Source: Histomonas meleagridis 2922-C6/04-290x
Taxonomy: Eukaryota > Protista > Parabasalia
Assembly (NCBI GenBank): GCA_020184695.1
Contig: JAANOX010000063.1
Span: forward strand, 105,041-169,040
DNA length: 64,000 nucleotides
Direction of reading: 5' to 3'
In this document: positions 55,079-64,000 of the stretch, piece by piece
How positions within the stretch are numbered: the first letter of the stretch is position 1
Layout: every line of letters begins with the position of its first letter
Made by a program: the position numbers and the translations under genes
Notes under the pieces: model-generated
The model's database searches: none
What the model was told of the DNA's origin: nothing
What the model saw: the letters and a program-made list of their open reading frames with translations, nothing else

Positions 55079-55650
55079 ATAAAAATTGTTATAAATATAT
55101 TTTAGTGTTTTTTAAGAAACAAAAAATCAAGTTGTTATTATCTTGAAAGTCGATTATTTGCTAGAAAATTTAAATTTCCACATGAAGTATTTTAGAATAT
55201 TATAATTTAAATTTCCGACAATCTGAAAATTTTTCATTCGAAAGATTACCAGAGAAAAACAAAGAAGTAAAGTCCCAATTGTTCTTTGTGGGAAAAAATG
55301 TGATCTTAAGGGCGCCCGTCAAGTCAGCCAGTTCGAAGGGAAACAGCTTGCATCGCATTTTTTGAAACATCTGGAAAAGTAATAGTTAACGTTAACATCA
55401 AAGAATCATTTTCATCTCTCATTAAAATAATGAGTGCATCTGGCACAAGTAGTGGTAAGAAGAATCATAAAATGAAAAACAAAAATATATCTCTTCTATA
55501 ATTTTTTCACAGGAGTGAGTCAACATTTGCACAACATCATTGATAGAAAAAAATGTTAATGTTTGATAAAATATGCACACTAATAGTAATCAAAAAAGAC
55601 TTTTTGCTTAAAAATGAATTCGTATAAAAAAACATAACTTGATGTGCTCT

Positions 55651-56586
55651 TTATTTTCTTGGCTTCTTTTGAGGTGCCTTTTGGGCTTCTCTTCGTTGCT
55701 CAAAGCGATATAGGGTCTTTCTTACCTCATCAACAAGCGTAAATTGAAGAGCAGCAAATGGAACAACCTTAACAAGGTTAAGACCAACTCCACGGTAGAG
55801 TCCAAGTGGACCTTCTTCTTTAAGAATCTTTGCGAATGCATCAATAGTTCCATTATAGATTGGCTTATTGTTAGCATCACGGAGCATTAAACGCTTGCGA
55901 ACAACATCGAATGGATATGAGAATGTTTGTGAGAACATTCCAGCTGTTGCACCGATGAGGCAATTTGTGAATGGGCTGATTGGCTTTCCTGGTGCTATTT
56001 TGGTGGAGTACAAGTTCTTGAGACCACCGTAGGCATAGAATTGTGCACCTTCGTATGGGATAACACCCATGATTGTTGGTAAGATACCTGAATAAAGTGA
56101 TGTGACTCCTTCTTCCTTTACAATTGTGGCAAGGGTACTGAAGATACCGTTGTACTTCTTAGGATCAACAGTAATACGGGTACGGGCAACATCAAGTGGA
56201 TATGTAAGAACTTGACTGATAGTTCCTGCTGCTGCTCCAGCAACTGTTCTTTGGATTCCTGTGAGTGGCTTTCCTTTGCCTAACCTCTTTTCGATTTCTT
56301 CAAAGGCATAGAATTTAATTGCAGATTGTGGTCCAAGGCGAATGCAAGCTGCAGTATTTCCTCTCCAGAACCCAGCAATTCCATCTTCTTGCCAAAGTTT
56401 AGCGAGGATGTCTTTTACATTTCCTCCCTTTGAAGAAACTTGCATAAGCATTTTCACAACATCAAGAGGAGATGTTATTGTTCTTGACAGTGTTCCAGCG
56501 ATGAATCCAACAGAAAGTTTTTCGATTTTTCCAAGTTCAACCTTTGGTGCTGGGGATGTAGCAACAAGAATTTGGTCTGCTTCCAT
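55651..56586 (-). CDS. HMP31: Hydrogenosomal mitochondrial-carrier-family protein (Hmp31-like ADP/ATP carrier)
   Basis: Three PxDxxK/R repeats (PLDVVK, PLDVAR, PFDVVR); QILVATSP...KLSVGFIAGTLSRTITSPLDVVKMLMQVSS closely resembles trichomonad Hmp31; TCACT just before ATG 56586. Confidence 0.9.
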   Translation of the reverse strand: MEADQILVATSPAPKVELGKIEKLSVGFIAGTLSRTITSPLDVVKMLMQVSSKGGNVKDILAKLWQEDGIAGFWRGNTAACIRLGPQSAIKFYAFEEIEKRLGKGKPLTGIQRTVAGAAAGTISQVLTYPLDVARTRITVDPKKYNGIFSTLATIVKEEGVTSLYSGILPTIMGVIPYEGAQFYAYGGLKNLYSTKIAPGKPISPFTNCLIGATAGMFSQTFSYPFDVVRKRLMLRDANNKPIYNGTIDAFAKILKEEGPLGLYRGVGLNLVKVVPFAALQFTLVDEVRKTLYRFEQRREAQKAPQKKPRK

Positions 56587-56862
56587 AGAGTGAATTATCT
56601 CATCGACTTTTAGCCGCCAAATTGTAAACCACTTAAAATACAATCAAAAAATAAAACGATGATTCACAACGTCAAAAATTAACCGTCATTACGAACTGAA
56701 AATTGTTAGAAAAGCCGTTGACAACCGAAAAATTTCTGAAGCGCTAGCAACAATAATTTGAGCGTAAAATTATGTTGGGATTTTATACACGTGAGAATCC
56801 GAATTAAACCACACTCAGTTTCACAAGTTGAATTCCAGTAGTAATCGGGTTTAACAAATTTA

Positions 56863-59322
56863 TTAATTTTTGAATTCCGTGAATCCGTTGTTTGTACTTA
56901 CATCATTTTCCTTCTTCTTTTTCAGTCTTACAAATAATACAGCCAATATGATTCCTGCTATTGCCAACAAAGCACTTCCGATAATTAATCCAATTGTGAT
57001 CCATTTGTTGTTCGAACTTTCTTCAACAGTTGCTACAATTTTAGCATTTGCTGTTGTTTGAGACAAGCATGTAAAGTTTACATAAACATATGAAGCACCA
57101 TCGAAAAATCTTGTTTGTTCATTTATTATCGCTATTGAATTATTTAAATATTTTGTAATTTCCGTTTGACCGCCTTCTAAACTGTATATCAGAGATGCGT
57201 TAATTTCTTTTGTTACAGCTCCAACTTGAGTCAGATTGAATGTGAATGATTTTTTATTGGCAATTGATATCCTAAAGAATTTGGTTTGGTATGGTGAAAA
57301 TGTGAAATTATACGCAATATTAGGTGTTAGTGTTATGATATTATGTTGGCAAAACAGACCAGCAAATTCTTCTTTGCAGATACAACCATTTTTAGTGTCT
57401 AAAGTGTTGTTAGCTGTGCAAAGTTTTGACCAATCAATTTGGTTGTTAACTTTAGTAAGGTTTGAAACTTGTCCGACAACAACTAATGATAGATATGATT
57501 CACATGTTACTGATATACATTTGGTACTTTTAAGATAAATAAAGTATTTGCCTTCAACTATGTTATTGTTACGAATATATATTCTTTCATTGGTTGAGAA
57601 ACAATCTTCACTATCGCCAAATAATGGATGATAAATTTTTGAATCTGGCCCAACAACAAATAGATCTATGTCATGAGATAATGATATTTCTGATTCAGGA
57701 GCTAATGGTATGTCATTATAAGAAATTACAATTCTTAAATCACTTCCTTTTTTAACTTCAACAGAATAAACGGATTCGTTATCTGAAAAAGTGGAAATTT
57801 CATCGTAAAGTACTGAATTTGAAATGCTTCCAACTCCTTCGACTATGTTAGCCATATTTAGAGATCCAAAACCCCAAGTTGGGTTAGGTGTCTCAGGGTC
57901 TTCTTTATCAGCAGATGCAATTGCTAATGCTCTCAATAAAGGACCGGAAGGTTTCTTGTTATTAAAATGTTGAATTAAATATTGCCTTAATAAGACCATT
58001 GTACCTGCTACAAGTGGGGTTGCCATAGATGTGCCAGACAATTGTCTTACAGAAGTATTATTTGTATGACTTGCACTTAATACATATTGTCCAGGTACAA
58101 CAACTTCTGGCTTGACTTGACCGAATGTTGTTGGCCCTCTTCCTGAGAATGTAGCTATAGAGCGATTCATGTTCTTAATGGCTTTCATCGCGCCGACCGT
58201 TAATACATTCTTTCCATTACCTGGCGGCCTTACGTCGTTCAAGAATGGGTGATTTCCTGCGGCAAACACAAACAAGAACCCATTGTTGTTATATAAATTT
58301 TCGTCGAAACGATTTCGAAAAACATTTGTGCTACTTGATATCGGGCTAATTGAATACGAATTTGAGCTCAAATAAGAGTTATTGTCAGTCATGTTCTTGA
58401 TTATATCCGTGTAAAGAGCAGATGGTATCTTGATCGACTTATTGATTCCAATATCGTAAAATGAGATTTTTGCATCAGGAGCAGCGCCATCATACGGATC
58501 GCCTCCTTCAACTCCAATGGCTTTGCCTGCGGCTGTTCCAGCGCAATGCGTTCCGTGACCACTTCCATCTTCTCGATCACCTGATACATAATAACTTTTG
58601 ATTTTACGGTGTAACTGTGAAATGTTATCAAAAGGAACTTCCACGTTTTCATCAACAAAATATTTTGAATGAACATTTAGGCCACTGTCAATAATTGTTA
58701 TTGTTTGGCCTTCACCAGTAATACCTTTGTCATGTAGTGGTCTGGGAATAAACTGAACAGAGCCTTTTGTTGTGGTTTCGAATGATCCTGTTTGGACAAA
58801 GCCAACGCCATAATTATTTTGTAATTCGATTTCTGGAACTATTCCGACTGAAAGAACAAGATTCGAATCAAGAAGTTCATCAATAGTTTGGCTGTTAGTA
58901 GTATCGACAATAAATGTATCCGGTCGAAGTGTTTGGAAGATTTTAAAATTAGTTCTTGAAAATGATGGATCTGCAATAACAAAGAGCTTACTGGAATATC
59001 TGAGAGTATAAATATCTGATTTAGCTTTGAGATCCTTTGGAATAGAATAAACGATGGCTTTTTTCGAAGATTGGATCGATGAAATTTGAGTTGATGACAA
59101 AAATGATATATAAGTATCTTTGGAAACTTGTTGGTTTGACTCAAACTTTATTATATTATCATTGAAAAAAGATTTATCAATGATGGTGAGATAACACCAT
59201 CGCGAGTCAACTTCATTTAAAACTTTGTTTGAAGGAACAAAAGGTATTTCTTCGCATAATTTCTTGATATTGAGATTATATTGATAAGTTACGAAAGAAA
59301 ACGCCAGAACGAAAAACACCAT
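56863..59322 (-). CDS. Membrane-anchored subtilisin-like (S8) serine protease
   Basis: Catalytic IIDSG, HGTHCAGT, AAGN and SGTSMATP; EGF-like C-C-C segment; C-terminal TM helix. Confidence 0.93.
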   Translation of the reverse strand: MVFFVLAFSFVTYQYNLNIKKLCEEIPFVPSNKVLNEVDSRWCYLTIIDKSFFNDNIIKFESNQQVSKDTYISFLSSTQISSIQSSKKAIVYSIPKDLKAKSDIYTLRYSSKLFVIADPSFSRTNFKIFQTLRPDTFIVDTTNSQTIDELLDSNLVLSVGIVPEIELQNNYGVGFVQTGSFETTTKGSVQFIPRPLHDKGITGEGQTITIIDSGLNVHSKYFVDENVEVPFDNISQLHRKIKSYYVSGDREDGSGHGTHCAGTAAGKAIGVEGGDPYDGAAPDAKISFYDIGINKSIKIPSALYTDIIKNMTDNNSYLSSNSYSISPISSSTNVFRNRFDENLYNNNGFLFVFAAGNHPFLNDVRPPGNGKNVLTVGAMKAIKNMNRSIATFSGRGPTTFGQVKPEVVVPGQYVLSASHTNNTSVRQLSGTSMATPLVAGTMVLLRQYLIQHFNNKKPSGPLLRALAIASADKEDPETPNPTWGFGSLNMANIVEGVGSISNSVLYDEISTFSDNESVYSVEVKKGSDLRIVISYNDIPLAPESEISLSHDIDLFVVGPDSKIYHPLFGDSEDCFSTNERIYIRNNNIVEGKYFIYLKSTKCISVTCESYLSLVVVGQVSNLTKVNNQIDWSKLCTANNTLDTKNGCICKEEFAGLFCQHNIITLTPNIAYNFTFSPYQTKFFRISIANKKSFTFNLTQVGAVTKEINASLIYSLEGGQTEITKYLNNSIAIINEQTRFFDGASYVYVNFTCLSQTTANAKIVATVEESSNNKWITIGLIIGSALLAIAGIILAVLFVRLKKKKENDVSTNNGFTEFKN

Positions 59323-59606
59323 TCGTTTAAGCAAACCGTTCAAAAATTGTAAAATTCTCAAAAAAATTATTTACTTTTTGAATATGGTGTTATAAACCTC
59401 CAAATAAAATCACACCTCACTTTTGTCAGCAGCTGATGGTTATCAAAAAGTGATAAAGTCAAAATATACGATCATAAGTAACTGAAAAAGTGAGCAAAAA
59501 TGGAACGATAACAATACATTCAAAAAGTTGTGTGCCGATACTTAGGAGCCGTTAAATTAATTAGCCTAGGTAACCAAAAACTCACTTCTATGAGTTGATA
59601 AGCTTT

Positions 59607-60179
59607 TTACTCAGAGAAATCATCACCCTTTCCTTGTTTCTTTGCGGCATCCTTAGCCCTCATTCTCCTCTTACGTCCGGCCTTTTCAGTTGTCATAACA
59701 GAGTTATCAGCATAACGAATGTTACGCTCAGATTCCTTCCAAACGAGGAATTGTGGTTGGTTGACAAGTTGATTTTCAACTGCGATATGACGGTGGTTGA
59801 TGAGTGTGCGAGCATGATGGATTGACTTAGCAAGAGCTGCTTTATGAACTTGAGTTTGGAGACGGCGATCAAGAAGATCATTTGGTGTAAGTGAAAGTAC
59901 ATAATCGAGTTTTTGCTTTGTTTCATCAAGAACACCGAGACGTGTAAGACGACGAAGGAGAGCAGCACCTTCGAAGATACGCTTTGTGTCATTTTCTGGA
60001 AGCATGAGAAGGTTACGAGCAGCCTTACGGATCTTGGCAAGAGTGTAATTTACCCTCCAAAGTTCACGTTTGTTCTTTAAACCATATTCACCGACAACCT
60101 TAAGTTCACGGTGGATGCGTTCCTTTTCGTAAGGACGCATAGGCTTCTTGAAAGTACGGCCAAAATTGTGGCTTGTCAT
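59607..60179 (-). CDS. RPS9: 40S ribosomal protein S9 (uS4)
   Basis: [29 protein letters not shown]...[21 protein letters not shown]. Confidence 0.98.
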   Translation of the reverse strand: MTSHNFGRTFKKPMRPYEKERIHRELKVVGEYGLKNKRELWRVNYTLAKIRKAARNLLMLPENDTKRIFEGAALLRRLTRLGVLDETKQKLDYVLSLTPNDLLDRRLQTQVHKAALAKSIHHARTLINHRHIAVENQLVNQPQFLVWKESERNIRYADNSVMTTEKAGRKRRMRAKDAAKKQGKGDDFSE

Positions 60180-60655
60180 TAGCTGGAAAGGCCGACCATA
60201 ACCGCTTAGATCATAACGTTCGTTATTTTCATGCGATGCTTTTCTAAATGTATACTTTAAGTTGTATGCTATTACTACGTGTAGTGATATAACTTTGTGT
60301 TGAGCTTAAAAATACTGTGTAAAATTGTTGATGAAACATTTTTTGATATTAAATATCTTTTGTAAATTGCTGATTTTACAATTTGGTTAAACTTTGATCA
60401 AAGTTTGCTTGTAATGATGTTTATTGAGGTTTTTCATCATTTTTATCTTATTGAAATATACAAAATTTCGATCATTTTGATAAAATTCTAAGATAACCAC
60501 ACGTACAAATGCATCTGAATTTATTAATGAAAATTTATAATGTTTAAATATTATAGATATGTTCTAATTATTGTTTTTTTTATATTTTCCCCATTGACCA
60601 GTTATATATTGAATTTCCCATAATGGCTTATTTCAATTTAAATTCGTACTTGTAA

Positions 60656-61918
60656 ATGAAAAAAGATAAAACAAAAACGCAAAGCTCGGGACATGACAAT
60701 AAGCTACAGACCCAAAAATCTAATGAACAGTTTATTTTTTCTTCTGCTGCTTATTATTCCAGAATTTTTGCTGATATGCAAGGCAACACATCTTTTGTAA
60801 ATTACAAGATACGTACTCAAGGTGAAAGACAAAATTTCAATTTTCCCTCTCCAGGCAGTGAAAAAGTCATGTTTAACAAAAGTAAAATACATCAATGGGG
60901 GATTTTCTCAGCAGCTCCCTTTAATAATGGTGAACCAATAATAGAATTTCATGGGAAAATCACCAACAGTCCAGGCACGAAAAGCTACAAGATTGATGAA
61001 AAAAACTATTTTGACCCAACAGGTTCGGGAAGTCTTGCTCGATATGTCAATCATAGTTGCAATCCCAATTGTATTTTAAAGATTGTCAATATTTCCGGGA
61101 GGCAAGCAGTATATCTTTATTCGAGACAATATATTCGTCCTTCCGAAGAACTTTGTATTGACTATAAACTTCCTCCCTGTAACAAATCTGATGCTATTCC
61201 TTGTAATTGCGGCTCTTCTAATTGTCGCAAATATATCAATAATTACGAATTCGTTAAAAAATCCGGTCGACAAAAGCAACGAAAGAAAGAGCCGCATGAC
61301 GTAATCCAACGGCCAAAAGAAGCACGACTTCTTTTTAGCTCCATCCACCAACTTTGTCCGAGCATTAAAATGGATCAAGACTTACTTCAAGATTACTTAA
61401 TGATCAGCGACATAGATGATCAAGAGGAAGAAGAACATTCCGAAAGAAATGAACAACAAACTCCGCAAACTAAAAAAACGGGGAAAAACGCGCATAACAG
61501 TAAAAAGAAGTCCGAATCCGTTGAACCGAATAACAAAGAAAAGGATAAAAAGAAAACGTCGGAAAAACAAAAGAAAGAAACAAAAGCACAAGAAACAGAA
61601 AAATCTAGAAAAAGGAAAACGGAAAATGAAGCAGAAACACGTGAAAAAGAAAAAGTGAAAAATCCAAATCAAACGAAAAAAGAAAAAGTGAAAAAGTCAA
61701 AAGAAAACGAAACTGAAAACAAAGCGCAAAAGCAAAGAGGACGGACTAAGAGAGTCGCTAACTCGCCCGAGCCTAAAGAAAACGAAGTTCCGAAAAAGAA
61801 CGCAAAAAATACGAAAAATGCAAATAATAAAAAGTTGAAAAAAGAAGAAGAAAAATCGAAAGAAATTCCAGTCGCAAAACTTTACGATAACTTCTTAAGG
61901 AATGTAATCAGTAAATAA
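60656..61918 (+). CDS. SET + post-SET histone lysine methyltransferase with a Lys/Glu-rich tail
   Basis: KSKIHQWGIF, ARYVNHSCNPNC, EELCIDY, IPCNCGSSNCRKYIN. Confidence 0.92.
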   Translation: MKKDKTKTQSSGHDNKLQTQKSNEQFIFSSAAYYSRIFADMQGNTSFVNYKIRTQGERQNFNFPSPGSEKVMFNKSKIHQWGIFSAAPFNNGEPIIEFHGKITNSPGTKSYKIDEKNYFDPTGSGSLARYVNHSCNPNCILKIVNISGRQAVYLYSRQYIRPSEELCIDYKLPPCNKSDAIPCNCGSSNCRKYINNYEFVKKSGRQKQRKKEPHDVIQRPKEARLLFSSIHQLCPSIKMDQDLLQDYLMISDIDDQEEEEHSERNEQQTPQTKKTGKNAHNSKKKSESVEPNNKEKDKKKTSEKQKKETKAQETEKSRKRKTENEAETREKEKVKNPNQTKKEKVKKSKENETENKAQKQRGRTKRVANSPEPKENEVPKKNAKNTKNANNKKLKKEEEKSKEIPVAKLYDNFLRNVISK

Positions 61919-62009
61919 GATAAATTTAAAAAATATAATATTTTATTTTTTATTTTTTAATATTTTCATTACATATATTTGATATGATCATGTATTAAAA
62001 CATAATGTT

Positions 62010-62145
62010 GGATTTCAAAATAATATTTAAAAATCAATCAATATATATCGTACAGCTCTTACGATTACATCTAAAAATGGTGAAACAGAAATAGTTTAAT
62101 TATTTCTTAAACAAAAAGGAATTGATATCAATGTTAAAGTATAAT
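62010..62145 (+). pseudogene. Solo degenerate unit of the spacer-plus-ankyrin repeat
   Basis: TTTCAAAATAATATTTAAAAAT spacer core followed by TALTITSKNGETEIV*LFLKQKGIDINVK. Confidence 0.75.
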
Positions 62146-62266
62146 ATTTGATGAAAATAGAATAAAGTTTTAATTCAACAATTGATGAATAGCTTTTATT
62201 AATGTCAAACATAATATACTAGAACGTGTTTACTGAAAACACGTTGTAGAATCTACTATTGAATTG

Positions 62267-63709
62267 TTATTGTCTTTGGTATGCCCAACAAGCCCCATAT
62301 TCTGATATGAATTTCTTTGCTCTTTCGACGAGCAAATAAAATATATTTGACACCTCATTTTTCTTTAATTCCAATTTATGTAAGATCGCCGCCAATATAT
62401 CCTTTGGCCTTAATTCCAAAGTTTCAGCAATTTTTTCGATAATATTTGAGATCAGCACGAAACTTAATAAGTATTGACCCAAGTACAAATTCTTTTCTTT
62501 TACCAATTGCATCTTATCGCATGCCCACATGATTAATCTTAATGGGATTATTAACGCTTCTTTAAATTCGTCCAAGTTTAGCTTTGGGTCATATTTAACC
62601 TCCGGAATTGACTGGTTTATTTTTGAATTGTATGGGATGACGGTTGCCGTATACAAAACGTAACCTTGCCCAAAGATTTGAATGCGTTCAAAAGTGACTT
62701 TTATGCTTTCAATTTCTTTTTTGTTTAATTTGACGTTAAACTTGTTAAGGAAATCGTTAACAATCGAAATGAACAAATCGATGACATTCTTTTTGCTGGC
62801 GGCCTCTAAGATTTGTTTTTTGAATTCTATTTCTGGGATTTTAATATCATTTGAATGCTTTTGATTGATGGGGAAAATCTTATTCTGTAAAATCGTTAGT
62901 CCAACTCGTGTAATGTAATCGACAATTAAATTGTTAAAATGAATCGCAAACGATTCCCAAACAGTTTTCTTCTTCCTCATCTCGAATTTAACGGGGAAAT
63001 GTAGCGCGACTTGTAAACAGTTCATTTCTTGAACACGTTTTATCTCGTTTATGTTTTCTTTAATTTTAGTAATGACGTTCATGTTGTCGCAAATGTAATT
63101 TTGGATTCGTTTCACAATGCGCAATTCTTCAATTTCATATTCATACGCATATTCGATCAACTTTTCGTCTTTCTCATTCTTTAATGTGGAAATTGGATCA
63201 ATTCCAATGCGAAGACTTTCAAATCGAATCTTTTCCCATTTTCGATTCAGCTCAACGTTTTCATATAAATTGTTTTGTTTCTTTACTTCAGGTAACAAAA
63301 ACGTTTGATTCGGCATATGAAAACAATACGCAACCATCGAATCATTGAACTCTCGAAGTTTTGGCTCTTGCATTAATAATGGTACATCTTTAAGTTTGTT
63401 ATGCGTTTTAGAAGGCTCATTTATGATAGAGATATCAGAATTTGTTAATAGCGTTTGCCTTTCGCCTAAATATAATTGCCGAGAAAATGTAACGTAACGT
63501 TTCGATTCAGTGAATTTCTGGCAATGGTTCAACAAATAAGTCGTTGAATTCTTCTTCGTCATTTTAATTAAGCCTTCAATTAATAATGATAAATAAGTGA
63601 TTTCATTATATTGATAAAAATTCGTTTTCTTTCTTGCTGGAACTTGCTTTTGGTGTTTAGGAAATGGATGTGATATAATGATGTTGGATGATAAATGTGG
63701 TGAAAACAT
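62267..63709 (-). CDS. Hypothetical helical protein
   Basis: About 480-aa ORF; start uncertain (63709 or 63562). Confidence 0.65.
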   Translation of the reverse strand: MFSPHLSSNIIISHPFPKHQKQVPARKKTNFYQYNEITYLSLLIEGLIKMTKKNSTTYLLNHCQKFTESKRYVTFSRQLYLGERQTLLTNSDISIINEPSKTHNKLKDVPLLMQEPKLREFNDSMVAYCFHMPNQTFLLPEVKKQNNLYENVELNRKWEKIRFESLRIGIDPISTLKNEKDEKLIEYAYEYEIEELRIVKRIQNYICDNMNVITKIKENINEIKRVQEMNCLQVALHFPVKFEMRKKKTVWESFAIHFNNLIVDYITRVGLTILQNKIFPINQKHSNDIKIPEIEFKKQILEAASKKNVIDLFISIVNDFLNKFNVKLNKKEIESIKVTFERIQIFGQGYVLYTATVIPYNSKINQSIPEVKYDPKLNLDEFKEALIIPLRLIMWACDKMQLVKEKNLYLGQYLLSFVLISNIIEKIAETLELRPKDILAAILHKLELKKNEVSNIFYLLVERAKKFISEYGACWAYQRQ

Positions 63710-64000
63710 CCACAATTGAATGAATGGAATAATTAAGCCTTCTAAAATTACTTTACGAAATTGTTGTTTGTTTTTGTCGAATAAAAATTGGAGAACGTTT
63801 ATGGTGCACTGAAAAAGTGGAAATTGAATGCTGAAATGATCCCTTTACAACTTTGATGAGTTCGCGTGCATCTGCATGATCACTACAAAATGTACGTTGT
63901 AATATACGCGACAGAAATGCGTCGTGGAAGCTTTGTTGGAATGGAATGCATTGATATAAAAATGATGAAAATAAACCTAAGGAATGTACATGATTCCTAT

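Noticed and set aside
55430-55501. 23-codon small ORF (MSASGTSSGKKNHKM...) after TCATT motifs
   Set aside because: Too short, with no supporting homology visible.
1640-63308. Numerous 60-150-aa ORFs overlapping or antisense to the main genes
   Set aside because: Shadow ORFs of codon-biased genes with no independent motifs.
1-64000. Canonical parabasalid spliceosomal introns (GTATGT...ACTAACACACAG), rRNA or tRNA genes
   Set aside because: No matching motifs found on either strand by visual scan; a tRNAscan/Infernal run would be needed to exclude them formally.

Overview
AT-rich, gene-dense eukaryotic DNA from a parabasalid (trichomonad-type) protist. The assignment rests on an Hmp31-type hydrogenosomal carrier, BspA-like LRR surface proteins, DUF3447/ankyrin genes, and Inr (TCA[CT][TA]) and M3-like (RRCSGYTD) core-promoter motifs. 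The genetic code appears standard. Most of the window holds ordinary housekeeping genes: RPS9, MON2, KATNAL2-like, exportin-7-like, importin-beta-like, Sec23/24, a MOK-type kinase, a PPP phosphatase, 14-3-3, Myb, SET, bromodomain, subtilisin, Hsp70/110-like and a Man1/Src1-like protein. There is also a 2-kb Merlin/IS1595-type DNA transposon with 256-bp TIRs and a broken transposase. The standout signal is in three ankyrin-repeat loci (1-710, 16065-17990, 21078-23105), with two further relics. Each 87-90-nt open ankyrin coding unit is separated from the next, at the same codon position, by a T-rich spacer. The spacer is exactly 80 nt in 10 of 13 complete cases, shifts the frame, often contains stops, lacks consistent GT-AG ends and carries a conserved TTTCAAAATAAYATTTGGAAATT core. 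This looks like an unrecognised, repeat-embedded non-canonical intron (or other RNA-level excision/recoding) system. That interpretation is inference; several start codons are estimates.
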